64,000 nt of DNA from Bdellovibrio sp. (lineage in GTDB: Bacteria > Bdellovibrionota > Bdellovibrionia > Bdellovibrionales > Bdellovibrionaceae), in assembly GCA_036676395.1 (NCBI GenBank), contig JAKFCY010000002.1:960001-1024000 (forward strand), written 5' to 3'. This document shows, piece by piece, positions 10,310 through 20,236 of the stretch. The notes below the pieces were generated by a model. The model was not told the DNA's origin and searched no databases. It was given only the letters and a program-made list of their open reading frames with translations. Position numbers and translations under genes: made by a program. The first letter of the stretch is position 1, and every line of letters starts with the position of its first letter.

Positions 10310-11578
10310 CTATTGTGAGACCTTTAAATACATCTGCACGTTGAACGGAACCATGATGTTACCCATGTGACCGCCCAGAGGGTATAAAAATAAACGCTCA
10401 CCAAAGTTTTCACGTAATAAAGGTATATCAGATGGCTTTAATAAAAAATCATCGGTGTTTGTGAAAACGTAAACACGGGGATCATTTTTTAAATCTTTCA
10501 TTTGTGAATATAAACCTGTGTTGTAGGGGATATCTGATTTTTGTTCTTCAGGAGTTAACGTTGGGATCACAAACGAATGCATGTAGTGGGCAAAGTTATA
10601 AGTCCAAGCTTCTGCTTCAAGCGCATTTAATTTATATTTTGAATAAGGAGTTTTTAATACACGCGGTTTTACAAAGTGAGAAGAAACAATAATATCACGT
10701 AAACTTTGACGGTACTGATCACCGATCACCCATTGGATATGATTAGTTTTAAATTTTAATTTCTCTAACATATCAAAAAGTGCTTTTACAGGGTCTTTCG
10801 CTGCAGAGACATCACCGGCATGCGTGTAGATGGCTCCCATGATATGGTTTTTCCATGCTGTTGAGATGCCAGCACCGACAACGTCATTTAAATAATCCAG
10901 CTGCTGAATGCCGTAGATTACATCGACGCCGGGGTTGATTAATAAAACTTTTTTGAAAAGTTGTTGGGGTTGTTTTTTATCATGGGGCGCTAAAAAGCCT
11001 GCCAGCACACCGCCATTTGAATAGCCAACTAACGTAATTGAACTGTAGCGCATGCCTTTTTGGTTTTTAGCATAATCTAGAATCCATTTCACAAATTGGT
11101 AATATTCAATCGTATCGCGGGGCATGTAACCCGGAACGCCAGTTTCAGAAATGGCTAATGTGTAACTAAAAGATAAATTACTCGGTAGGCAAATCACGTT
11201 GTAGCCAGCTTTGATGTACACATCAGCTAAGGCCGCAGAATTTGTGGAATAGCTATTGCCACCAAGGCCAGCGATAATTAGCACCAGCGGGGCATTTTGT
11301 TTTTGTTTGTAAACTTGCAAATCGATAACAGGTTTTGATAACGGGTATTTGGCCTTTAAACGCTCAGGGCGATAAACCATCTCCCATTCATCAAATTTCG
11401 CTGTTGAGGGTGAAAATGTAGATAAGATTGTCGCGATAAACGGATCTTTGGTCGGAAATGGGTATTGGTCGATCGGAATCTCTAGCGCGCGTACCGCCTG
11501 GCCAAAGCTCAATAATAAAATAAACAACATAGCGAGCGCTAAGCGCATCGCAGAATGATATACACCGTAAACTTTCAT
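10310..11578 (-). CDS. Exported alpha/beta hydrolase
   Basis: GYSNGG nucleophile elbow, NTDDFL Asp, GGHMGN His, signal peptide. Confidence 0.8.
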   Translation of the reverse strand: MKVYGVYHSAMRLALAMLFILLLSFGQAVRALEIPIDQYPFPTKDPFIATILSTFSPSTAKFDEWEMVYRPERLKAKYPLSKPVIDLQVYKQKQNAPLVLIIAGLGGNSYSTNSAALADVYIKAGYNVICLPSNLSFSYTLAISETGVPGYMPRDTIEYYQFVKWILDYAKNQKGMRYSSITLVGYSNGGVLAGFLAPHDKKQPQQLFKKVLLINPGVDVIYGIQQLDYLNDVVGAGISTAWKNHIMGAIYTHAGDVSAAKDPVKALFDMLEKLKFKTNHIQWVIGDQYRQSLRDIIVSSHFVKPRVLKTPYSKYKLNALEAEAWTYNFAHYMHSFVIPTLTPEEQKSDIPYNTGLYSQMKDLKNDPRVYVFTNTDDFLLKPSDIPLLRENFGERLFLYPLGGHMGNIMVPFNVQMYLKVSQ

Positions 11579-11728
11579 TTCCCTGATTTCCTTATAGAGT
11601 GAAATATCTAGTGAAACTTCGAGTCAAAGGGAACCGCTAAATCAAAAAAGTAACAAATAGTGCGTCAACCTGCGAAATAGTTTCAAATATGATTTGTATC
11701 TGTGTGAACTAGAGGTAAAAAAGCATCA

Positions 11729-13012
11729 GTGGAAAATGATTTATTCGCAACCCAAGTTGATCCCGAGATGCTGCCTTTGGCAGAACGTATTCGTCCTAAA
11801 AGCTTTGATGAAGTTTTAGGCCAGACTCATTTTCTATCGTCAAAGTCAGCTTTCTACCGCATCCTAAAAAGTGAGCAACTTTTAAACCTGATTTTCTGGG
11901 GTCCACCGGGTACGGGTAAAACCAGTCTTGCGATAAGCTTAGCTAAGAATCTAAAAGCGCACTTTATCCAGATGAATGCGGTTGATGCCGGAGTCAAAGA
12001 CCTAAAAGCTGCCTGCGAATCAGGTCGCACCAGAAAATTACAGTACCAGCAAAAGACATTACTTTTTGTCGACGAGATTCATCGTTTTAATAAATCACAG
12101 CAAGATGTGCTTTTGCCTTACGTAGAAAAAGGCGATGTGTATTTAATCGGTGCGACCACTGAATACCCAAGCTATGAATTAAATAAAGCCTTACTCAGCC
12201 GCTGTCAGGTGGTTGAATTTCGTAAGCTGACAACTGAAGCGTTAGAACAAATCTTAGAAAAAGCGGCCACCGAACTTGGAATAACAACCAAAGATTTATT
12301 CTTAGATGAAACCAAGCAGTTATTAATAAATTCTGCTGATGGCGATGCCAGACGTTTATTAAATATCACCGAGACGGTCATTAAATTTTATAAAGTAAAA
12401 ACGGATGAAGATCCATTTCCGTTATCTGTAGATGATCTAGAAAAATTAATGGGAAGAAAAATTATTCCCTACGATAAAAAATCAGATCAGCACTATGACT
12501 GTATTTCAGCTTTTATTAAATCAATGCGTGGCTCTGATCCAGATGCGGCTTTGTATTACTGCGCGCGCATGCTTGAAGGAGGAGAAGACCCTTCATTTAT
12601 TGTTCGTCGCATGATTATTTTTGCCAGTGAAGATATCGGTAACGCTGATCCACGAGCATTAACTATGGCGACAGCGTGTTTACAAGCCGTTGAGGCGATC
12701 GGTATGCCTGAAGCGCGTATCAACATTGGTCAAGTTGTTACTTATTTAGCGAGTTGTCCAAAATCGAATAAATCTTATTTAGCGATAAATGCAGCCATTG
12801 AATACGTGCAAAAAACCGGAACCCCAGAGCTTCCGGTGCACTTACGCTCAGCTTCAAAAGGTGAAGGTTATAAATACCCTCACAATCACCCAAAAAATTG
12901 GGTGAAGCAAAATTACTGGCCGCCACAGGCAAAGCCTGAAACTTTTTACGAGCCATCAAATTCGGGTTTTGAAAAAAATATTTCTGAATACTTACGTTGG
13001 TTGAAAGAGTAA
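11729..13012 (+). CDS. rarA: Replication-associated recombination protein A (MgsA/RarA AAA+ ATPase)
   Basis: PLAERIRP, GPPGTGKT, FVDEIHRFNKSQQD, SAFIKSMRGSDPDAA, ASEDIGNADP. Confidence 0.96.
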   Translation: MENDLFATQVDPEMLPLAERIRPKSFDEVLGQTHFLSSKSAFYRILKSEQLLNLIFWGPPGTGKTSLAISLAKNLKAHFIQMNAVDAGVKDLKAACESGRTRKLQYQQKTLLFVDEIHRFNKSQQDVLLPYVEKGDVYLIGATTEYPSYELNKALLSRCQVVEFRKLTTEALEQILEKAATELGITTKDLFLDETKQLLINSADGDARRLLNITETVIKFYKVKTDEDPFPLSVDDLEKLMGRKIIPYDKKSDQHYDCISAFIKSMRGSDPDAALYYCARMLEGGEDPSFIVRRMIIFASEDIGNADPRALTMATACLQAVEAIGMPEARINIGQVVTYLASCPKSNKSYLAINAAIEYVQKTGTPELPVHLRSASKGEGYKYPHNHPKNWVKQNYWPPQAKPETFYEPSNSGFEKNISEYLRWLKE

Positions 13013-13735
13013 ACCGATACGGTCCCACAATTCAGTGCGCGGGGCTACAAGGTCAATCATCTTGTTTTCGATCGGGTGCGGAAACTTTAAAGTCTTCGCT
13101 TTTAAACAAAGCCCGTTAATTTTTAATTCATCTCTAAAAAAACGATTGTGATGTGAATCACCATGCTCACGATCTCCTACGATCGGATGAGCCACGCGAT
13201 TCATATGGCGTCTGATCTGATGCCAACGACCGGTTTTAAGTTCAACATGCAACAAACTGTAACGACTGGTCGGAAATTTTGAATTCACCGAATGCTGCAG
13301 TTCAATTTTTTTAATCGTTGAATACTGAGTCAAACAATCAACCAATGTGCCGGTTGAATCTAATTCAAGTGGCAGGTCGATTTTTCCATGCTCTTCTTTA
13401 AACCAACCACGCACAACCACATCATAAGTTTTTTGAATCAGATGCGCGCGCATCATTTTATTCATCTCTGACGAGGCTTTGTTATGCAGACCAAAGATCA
13501 CTAAACCTTCTGTGGCAAAATCCAGACGATGAATGGGGGAGCCGATAATTTGGTGTTTGTCTTTAAGCCAGTGCAGGCAAGTTTTTCTGCCGACAGTTTT
13601 TCTGGCAATACGATCTTCAGGCGGGTGCACGTAGACATGTGCGGGTTTCATTAAGACCAAAAGATCTTGGTCGTGATAAACGATCGAAGGCTCGATATCA
13701 AATTTGTTATTCAGAGCCTTCGGGAGCGGTTGCAT
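12992..13735 (-). CDS. truC: Pseudouridine synthase, RluA family, TruC-like
   Basis: HRLD catalytic motif, TGRWHQIRRH, HPIVGD..HG, HNRFFR. Confidence 0.8.
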   Translation of the reverse strand: MQPLPKALNNKFDIEPSIVYHDQDLLVLMKPAHVYVHPPEDRIARKTVGRKTCLHWLKDKHQIIGSPIHRLDFATEGLVIFGLHNKASSEMNKMMRAHLIQKTYDVVVRGWFKEEHGKIDLPLELDSTGTLVDCLTQYSTIKKIELQHSVNSKFPTSRYSLLHVELKTGRWHQIRRHMNRVAHPIVGDREHGDSHHNRFFRDELKINGLCLKAKTLKFPHPIENKMIDLVAPRTELWDRIGLLFQPT

Positions 13736-13746
13736 GGGTTATGTAA

Positions 13747-14151
13747 TTATAAACCTAAGTATTTATTAAATGCGGCGTTGTCAGTACTTTGTACGCCTTT
13801 ATTTAAAGTCGCTGTGTCGATAAAAGAATCATCGTTGTAGCGGCAAAGTTCAATTTGAATTGTCGTATTAAGAACAGTCGCTGTCGTTAATGTGCCATGA
13901 CAGTCAGTGTGCTCTTCAGCGTATTCTAAAAATGCAATGGGTTCAGCCGTTTGTGTGTTGAAAAACATAACGTCTAAGGCGCCAACATAAGAATTATCAA
14001 ATTTGCATAAGCCCCATTGGTCATCTTGAAGTTCAACAACTGTAAATTCGCCACCGGCTAAATTGCAGTTTCTGATTAAAGGATTTGAAGCTGACCAAGA
14101 CGTCGAAGCTAAAAGACACAAAACGATAACCGTCGCGTAAGCGAATTTCAT
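13747..14151 (-). CDS. Secreted Cys-containing hypothetical protein (DUF333-like NP...C...GG start)
   Basis: GGAG RBS before ATG 14151, signal peptide, SNPLIRNCNLAGG...GLC. Confidence 0.6.
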   Translation of the reverse strand: MKFAYATVIVLCLLASTSWSASNPLIRNCNLAGGEFTVVELQDDQWGLCKFDNSYVGALDVMFFNTQTAEPIAFLEYAEEHTDCHGTLTTATVLNTTIQIELCRYNDDSFIDTATLNKGVQSTDNAAFNKYLGL

Positions 14152-14277
14152 AAGTACTCCTTCAGAGCGTGATTTATCCGTTAGCGATATCGGATAAATG
14201 CAGTGAAGCCAATTAATGCACCAGATATTCACTTTTTTACAAGACTTTTGCGCCGTTTCATCTAAAAATGAAGCACT

Positions 14278-15552
14278 ATGAACACACTGATGAATAAAAA
14301 AGTCTTATCTTGGGCGTTATATGATTGGGCTAACAGCGTTTTTTACACCACGGTGATAGCAGGGTTTTTTCCGATATTTTTTAAAAAATACTGGAACACC
14401 GAAGTTACGGTCAGTCAAAGCACCGAACGCTTAGGAATGATTTTAGCGATTGCAGGTTTTTGTTTGGCTGTGCTTTCGCCATGGTTAGGGGTGCTTTCTG
14501 ACTATCGCAAATCTAAGAAAAAGTTTTTAGCGATCTTTATGCTTATGGGCTCTTTGGCTACGGCCGGATTATTTTTTGTTCCCCAAGGTGATTGGTTATC
14601 GGCAGCCGTGTTGTATGGTTTTGCTTTTTTCTGTGCCTCAGGAAGTATCGTATTTAATGATTCACTTATCGTGGGAGTGACCACGCCTGATAAATATGAC
14701 CAAGTGTCATCTTTTGGATTTTCGCTGGGCTATTTAGGCGGTGGAATATTATTTCTTGTGAATGTTTTGATGTATCAAAGACCTGAGTTTTTTGGTTTAG
14801 CCAGCGGAGCAGATGGGGTGCGCTGGTCATTTTTATCTGTAGCCATTTGGTGGATGTTATTTTCAATTCCGAATATTTTATTCGTACCAGAACCAGAAGC
14901 TATGCCAACCAAAGAAACTTCGGTTCAATTGTTTTTTAAATCTTTACATGAATTAAAAAGAACTTTCTTGGAGCTTTTTAATCAAAAGAATTTATTTATT
15001 TTCATCGTCGCTTATTGGTTTTATATCGACGGCGTTTCTACGGTAATTTCAATGGCTGTGGATTTCGGAATTTCGATTGGTTTTGAAGCCGGCGACTTGA
15101 TCAAAGCTTTATTGTTAGTGCAATTTGTAGGGTTTCCTGCGGCATACCTATCGGGTTGGCTTGCTGGAAAATTCGGCAGTAAACCTGTCATTATTGGTTG
15201 TTTGCTGGTCTATGTATTGGTGGTCATCGGCGCATCGGTCATGACTAAGCCAGAGCACTTTTATTTAATGGCCGTTTTTATTGGGCTTGCGCAAGGGGGC
15301 GTACAAGCGCTTTCACGATCGCTATTTGCTTACTTAATTCCAGCTGAAAAAGCCGGTGAGTATTTTGGATTTTTTAATTTATTAGGAAGATTTGCTTCGA
15401 TTATTGGACCATTATTAATGGCCATAACGGCAAGACTTTTTGGTCATCCGCAGAAGACGATTTTAAGCTTATTGATTTTGTTTGTTTGCGGGATCTATTT
15501 TTTAAGTAAAGTAGAAGTGTGCCCAGCTGAGGCGAAAAGCGCTACTACTTAG
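14278..15552 (+). CDS. MFS transporter, UMF1/Atg22-like
   Basis: SWALYDWANS, about 12 TM helices, QALSRS and GEYFGFF motifs. Confidence 0.9.
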   Translation: MNTLMNKKVLSWALYDWANSVFYTTVIAGFFPIFFKKYWNTEVTVSQSTERLGMILAIAGFCLAVLSPWLGVLSDYRKSKKKFLAIFMLMGSLATAGLFFVPQGDWLSAAVLYGFAFFCASGSIVFNDSLIVGVTTPDKYDQVSSFGFSLGYLGGGILFLVNVLMYQRPEFFGLASGADGVRWSFLSVAIWWMLFSIPNILFVPEPEAMPTKETSVQLFFKSLHELKRTFLELFNQKNLFIFIVAYWFYIDGVSTVISMAVDFGISIGFEAGDLIKALLLVQFVGFPAAYLSGWLAGKFGSKPVIIGCLLVYVLVVIGASVMTKPEHFYLMAVFIGLAQGGVQALSRSLFAYLIPAEKAGEYFGFFNLLGRFASIIGPLLMAITARLFGHPQKTILSLLILFVCGIYFLSKVEVCPAEAKSATT

Positions 15553-15709
15553 GTAGCTCGGTCTTTTCGCTATCTGTGTGCTGGTGTTTCTGGATCTCTA
15601 AGGCCTTCTTGCCTGTGATACCGACCCACTCCGGAAAGAAGACGGCGATGACGATAAAAATCATCGTAAATAGTGCAAAAAATCCAATAAGAATCCAAAT
15701 AATTTCCAT
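15545..15709 (-). CDS. Small single-pass membrane protein
   Basis: MEIIWILIGFFALF...FFPEWVGITGK: hydrophobic helix plus charged tail. Confidence 0.55.
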   Translation of the reverse strand: MEIIWILIGFFALFTMIFIVIAVFFPEWVGITGKKALEIQKHQHTDSEKTELPK

Positions 15710-15770
15710 AATATAGCCATTATACATTCAAACTGTGACAGAAGTCTAAGTTTTTGGTATCCGAACACCC

Positions 15771-16373
15771 ATGAGTTATAAGATACAAGATCACTACTTT
15801 AAAAAGGCCAAAGAGCAAAACTTTGTGGCTCGTTCGGTTTTTAAACTAGAAGAGATCGATCAAAAGTTTAAAATTATTTCTGCTGGCCAAAAAATTCTGG
15901 ATTTAGGGGCTTCGCCGGGTTCGTGGTCGCAGTACTGCTCAAAAAAGATCGGGCCAAACGGGCGCCTTCTGGGTGTTGATTTGACTGAGATCGATTTAAA
16001 GCTAAGTAAAACAATGAGTAACGCTAAATTTATTCAGGCAGATTTGCGTGATATCAATTTAGAAGAAATTTTTAAAGAGTACGGCTTTAATGAGCCATTT
16101 GATATTGTGTTATCTGATATGGCCCCAAAAACGACGGGTATTCGCATTACTGATCAGGCCCGTTCGTATGAGCTTTGTGATATTGCTTTAAACGTAGCTC
16201 GTAAATTTTTACGTAAAGACGGCCACTTTGTTTGTAAGTTATTTCACTCGGATGATTTTTCTAAATTACGTGAAGAAATCAAAAAAGATTTTCAAAAGTT
16301 CGAAGCTGTTAAGCCCGATTCGACCCGTAAGATTTCGAAAGAAATTTTTCTGGTCGGTCTTAAGAAAAAATAA
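15771..16373 (+). CDS. rlmE: 23S rRNA 2'-O-methyltransferase RlmE/FtsJ
   Basis: ARSVFKLEEI, LDLGASPGSWSQ, VLSDMAP, VCKLF, KPDSTRK.S.E. Confidence 0.95.
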   Translation: MSYKIQDHYFKKAKEQNFVARSVFKLEEIDQKFKIISAGQKILDLGASPGSWSQYCSKKIGPNGRLLGVDLTEIDLKLSKTMSNAKFIQADLRDINLEEIFKEYGFNEPFDIVLSDMAPKTTGIRITDQARSYELCDIALNVARKFLRKDGHFVCKLFHSDDFSKLREEIKKDFQKFEAVKPDSTRKISKEIFLVGLKKK

Positions 16374-17062
16374 TGTCTATTGTAAATGTGATTTTTGAGA
16401 ACAGCGATTTTATCGCCTGTGATAAACCAGCAGGCGTGTTAAGTGTGCCTGACCGTCATAAATCGGATCGTCCATGCTTAGGTTTAGAGCTGCAAAAACA
16501 AAAGGGCATTCAAATTTATCCGGTGCACCGTTTAGATCTAGAAGTAAGCGGCTTAATTCTTTTTGCCAAAAATTCTCGCGGCCACAAGGCTTCGCAAGAT
16601 TGGTTTTCTAAAAAGCTCTTACAGAAAAAATATAAAGCTTTAACGTTAAAACAAGATTTCATGCATTGGCCAGAAAATGTGAAAGCTGCGCGTGAAACCT
16701 TAACTTTAAAACCAGGATCTGAGTTTCTATGGAAGATGAACATCTTGCGTGGCAAAAGAAGGTCTTTTGAATCACCTCACGGTGACCCAGCTGAAACTAA
16801 AGCTATATATAGAGGTGAGCGTGGTGAATTTCTTGAATGGGATATGTATCCTATCACCGGGCGTTCACATCAGCTTAGGTTAGAACTAAGTCGCCACGGA
16901 TTTCCTATCGTGGGTGATGAATTATATGGGTCTAAAGTTAGTCTAAATGCTTTGCAATGGCCCTTTGGGCCTCTGGCTTTAAGAGCAATTGAAATCACTT
17001 TTAATGAGCAAATTTGTTCAGATTTTGATTTTCCTTTTGTACTATCAGCTACTTATCTTTAA
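16373..17062 (+). CDS. RluA-family pseudouridine synthase
   Basis: DKPAG, VHRLD, TGRSHQLR, PIVGD.LYG. Coupled to rlmE (TAATG). Confidence 0.9.
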   Translation: MSIVNVIFENSDFIACDKPAGVLSVPDRHKSDRPCLGLELQKQKGIQIYPVHRLDLEVSGLILFAKNSRGHKASQDWFSKKLLQKKYKALTLKQDFMHWPENVKAARETLTLKPGSEFLWKMNILRGKRRSFESPHGDPAETKAIYRGERGEFLEWDMYPITGRSHQLRLELSRHGFPIVGDELYGSKVSLNALQWPFGPLALRAIEITFNEQICSDFDFPFVLSATYL

Positions 17063-17213
17063 GTAAGATCATTTCACTTTTACGCGCTGCGTTTGCGGGA
17101 GCACTTTTCTTGTAAAAGTCTGCAATATTTACTTTTCAGATGGTTCCAATCTGGGTACAAGTAGTTCGTCTCTGGAACCACCAGAGACATTACACCCATG
17201 AAGGGGGTTATCA

Positions 17214-17981
17214 ATGAAAGCATTAGTGAAATTAACAGTAGCAGCATTGTCTTTCGCAGTTATCATCGGAGCGCAAACTGCAAAAGCTGACAACGATATC
17301 GAAAAAATCATCGGTAAGAATGATTTAATCGCGGTAGACGCTGAAGCAACAAACATCCCAGTTAAATATAAACGTTTAGTGGATGCATTTGGTAAATTAG
17401 GTATGGGCTGTACAGCAACTCATATCGGTGGTGGTTATGTATTAACAGCAGGTCACTGTTTTTGGGCTGGCGAAAAAGCTATCGAAAATCAAGACTGCCC
17501 TGGGGCTGAGAACGAAATCCAATGGGGTTTTCGTGAAGGCAAAGAACCTTATTTAGTTTCTAAATGTGAAAAAATCATCATGGCTCAAAGAACTGGAAAA
17601 ATGGACTACGCTTTATTGAAAGTTAGCCCAGTACCTCCGGTTTTTGTAAAAGCTGATTGGTATAAACGTGCAAAAGTCGGAACAAAAGTAACGATCTTCT
17701 CTCACCCAGAAGAATTACCGCTACGTTGGTCACAGCTTTGCAAAGTTCAAAAAGTAGCTGATGCTGATTTTGATCAGGCTTTAATTCACCATATCTGCGA
17801 TACAAACCCAGGTTCATCTGGTGCAACAATCATCGACGCTTACGCACTTAAAGTGGTAGGTATTCATGATGGTGGTCGCGCAGACGGTAATGGTGGTGGT
17901 TTAAACTACGGCACTTATATCTACGACACGCCACTTCGTAAAATTTTAACTTCATTAAATATCTATAGCCAAAAACCATAG
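17214..17981 (+). CDS. Secreted trypsin-like serine protease (S1, V8-like)
   Basis: Signal peptide, CTATHI, LTAGHC, DYALL, CDTNPGSSGA. Confidence 0.9.
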   Translation: MKALVKLTVAALSFAVIIGAQTAKADNDIEKIIGKNDLIAVDAEATNIPVKYKRLVDAFGKLGMGCTATHIGGGYVLTAGHCFWAGEKAIENQDCPGAENEIQWGFREGKEPYLVSKCEKIIMAQRTGKMDYALLKVSPVPPVFVKADWYKRAKVGTKVTIFSHPEELPLRWSQLCKVQKVADADFDQALIHHICDTNPGSSGATIIDAYALKVVGIHDGGRADGNGGGLNYGTYIYDTPLRKILTSLNIYSQKP

Positions 17982-17991
17982 GAATTTTTCG

Positions 17992-18681
17992 ATGAAGAAT
18001 GTCTTTCGCCTTCTATCAGCTTTATTGTTGTGTGGTTGCATTCATGCAACTGCGCAAGACTCAAAAGTAAATGACAACTATCCTGATGCTTGGTGGGCTT
18101 ACGTACCCCCTAGTGAATTAAAAAGTTGGGAGATCGCACCACAGGCTGCCGATCGTTCTAAAGGCGATGTTATTCTTTCTAAACGTACTGAACTTGGAAT
18201 TTTTTCTAATTTATCTGAAGCCCATTTTGTACTTGATGGAATTCACTATGCCAGTGTTGAGGGGCTCTGGCAGGGGATGAAGTATCCAGAAGGGCCTAAC
18301 GACGAAAGATTGAAAGATCCTAGCGTTGTTTGGCCCTACACACGCGAGCAAGTTTATAAAATGTCAGGCTTTGAATCTAAAGCTGCCGGTGATGCGGCTA
18401 ATGCTAACATGAAAACATTAGGTATTAAGTGGATCACTTATAAAGGCAAAAAAGTTGAATACAAAACTGAAGCCGGAAAAATTGAACACTATAATATTAT
18501 CTACCGTGCCTCAGAGCAAAAAGTGTTGCAGAGCTCTCAAATCAAAACTTTATTATTACGTACGGGAACTTTAAAGTTTTTACCGGATCACACGCAGCAA
18601 CCTAATCCAGATCCAGCGTACTTATATTTTGATATTTTTATGAAAATCCGTTCTGGATTAGCTACAGCTTCTGCGCAGTAG
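17992..18681 (+). CDS. Exported NADAR-like (DUF1768/YbiA-like) protein
   Basis: Signal peptide/lipobox LLLCGC, GIFSNLSEAHFVLDGIHYASVEGLWQGMKY and LLLRTG resembling NADAR motifs. Confidence 0.6.
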   Translation: MKNVFRLLSALLLCGCIHATAQDSKVNDNYPDAWWAYVPPSELKSWEIAPQAADRSKGDVILSKRTELGIFSNLSEAHFVLDGIHYASVEGLWQGMKYPEGPNDERLKDPSVVWPYTREQVYKMSGFESKAAGDAANANMKTLGIKWITYKGKKVEYKTEAGKIEHYNIIYRASEQKVLQSSQIKTLLLRTGTLKFLPDHTQQPNPDPAYLYFDIFMKIRSGLATASAQ

Positions 18682-18939
18682 AATATAACAGCGCAGTAAA
18701 TTCGCTGCGCCAATTTCAAATTCAAACAAGTTTAAGCAAGACTTTCGACTGTGATAATTCGTGTCATTTCTATTCGATTTTATTTAATTTCACTGGCTCA
18801 AAGTATTAAAAACTAGACCATCGCCTAGTTTAATAATGGAACCAGTAATTCTTCTTAAAAATTTTAAACAAACGTAGAATGCTAGATTCACGACAAACGG
18901 ATTTGTTTACTTATAATACTCATTACGAGGGGAGAGTTT

Positions 18940-19749
18940 GTGTTAAAACCATTTAATGCACTTATCGTTACTGCTGTGATCGCAATTTCATCTGTTGCTA
19001 TCGCTAAACCTACATTATCAACGAAAATCGTTGGTGGTGAAAATGCTCTTAAGGGAGAAATTCCTTACATCGTTTCTTTACGTTCAAAAAGCTACGGCCA
19101 TTTTTGTGGCGGAAGTTTAATTGGTCAGAATTGGATCTTAACTGCGGCTCACTGTGTACGCGGTGGAACAATTGATGAAGTATGGATCGGAATGTTAGAT
19201 CAAAAAGATACAGCTGGTGTTGAAAAAATCAAACCTGCTAAAATCATTGCTCACGAAAAATATTCTTCTTCAACAATGGAAAATGACTTTGCTTTAATTA
19301 AATTAGCAACAAACTCTTCATTTGCTCCAGTAGCGCTGAATAATGTTGAAATTTCAATTGATGATTCAATTGATGCTGCACCGATCATGTCTATGACAGC
19401 TGGTTGGGGAGCGATTAAAGAAAGTAACTACTCATTACCTAATATGTTACAAAAAGTTAGCGTGCCATTAGTTAGCACTAATAACTGTAATGTTAAAGAA
19501 GCTTATGATGGCGACATCACAGATTCTATGATCTGCGCTGGTTACAAAACTGGTGGTAAAGATTCTTGCCAAGGAGACTCTGGTGGACCTTTATCAGTTA
19601 TCGATTCTGAAACTGGCGTACACACTTTAATCGGTGTTGTGAGCTGGGGTGAAGGTTGCGCTCGCGCTAACAAATACGGTGTTTACGCAAAAGTAAGCAA
19701 CGCTTATGAGTGGATCCAAACTAAAATCAACGCTTCATCTGAAGAATAG
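18940..19749 (+). CDS. Secreted trypsin (S1A)
   Basis: K|IVGG activation site, CGGSLI, LTAAHC, NDFAL, DSCQGDSGGP, GVVSWGEGC. Confidence 0.96.
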   Translation: MLKPFNALIVTAVIAISSVAIAKPTLSTKIVGGENALKGEIPYIVSLRSKSYGHFCGGSLIGQNWILTAAHCVRGGTIDEVWIGMLDQKDTAGVEKIKPAKIIAHEKYSSSTMENDFALIKLATNSSFAPVALNNVEISIDDSIDAAPIMSMTAGWGAIKESNYSLPNMLQKVSVPLVSTNNCNVKEAYDGDITDSMICAGYKTGGKDSCQGDSGGPLSVIDSETGVHTLIGVVSWGEGCARANKYGVYAKVSNAYEWIQTKINASSEE

Positions 19750-19776
19750 TTTTTAGCCTTACATTCGAATAGAACG

Positions 19777-19807
19777 AAAAAAGCCGGATTCTTCCGGCTT
19801 TTTTTTT
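19777..19807 (+). terminator. Rho-independent terminator, probably bidirectional
   Basis: aaaaaa-gccgga-ttct-tccggc-ttttttttt between convergent genes. Confidence 0.9.
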
Positions 19808-19850
19808 AGGTAACAGTTCCCTTTCTGTACCCTTGTCTCAAAATGAGATG

Positions 19851-20057
19851 CTATAAATTTTCGGTATTACGATATTTCCAGATGAACAAGCTGAGCGATG
19901 CGACCGTAAAGGTGATCGCGGCCGCTAAGCCATAACCGTAACCTTCTTCAGGGTGTTCTGACATATTGATTCCAAAATACAGAACAAAGGCCTTGCCGAT
20001 AAGCGTGGGCCCTAAGAACGAACGGATAAAGTCTTTAAGCAGGGCTTTGCTGTTCAT
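19851..20057 (-). CDS. Small two-TM membrane protein
   Basis: 68 aa with two hydrophobic helices, occupying an otherwise empty gap. Confidence 0.6.
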   Translation of the reverse strand: MNSKALLKDFIRSFLGPTLIGKAFVLYFGINMSEHPEEGYGYGLAAAITFTVASLSLFIWKYRNTENL

Positions 20058-20191
20058 GAGCTATTTATATGTCACTTCTTAACAGGGTGTAAAACAATTT
20101 TGCAGTCTGCGATTTTTTAAGCCGTCTCGGCGTGATACATCGATTTTTAATAATTACGTTATATCAATAACTTACGCTGAATACAGAAAGT

Positions 20192-20207
20192 TGGCCCTTA
20201 GGTTGCT
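20192..20207 (+). promoter_or_regulatory. Candidate sigma54 -24/-12 promoter
   Basis: TGGCCC-TTAGG-TTGCT (GG-N10-GC), 30 bp upstream of the ATG at 20237. Confidence 0.6.
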
Positions 20208-20236
20208 TTAATCAACTATGAAAAGGAAGAACAATT

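Noticed and set aside
11579..11728. Possible cobalamin riboswitch upstream of the DUF4430 operon
   Set aside because: Only an isolated AGGGAA on the opposite strand. No B12 box or stems recognised.
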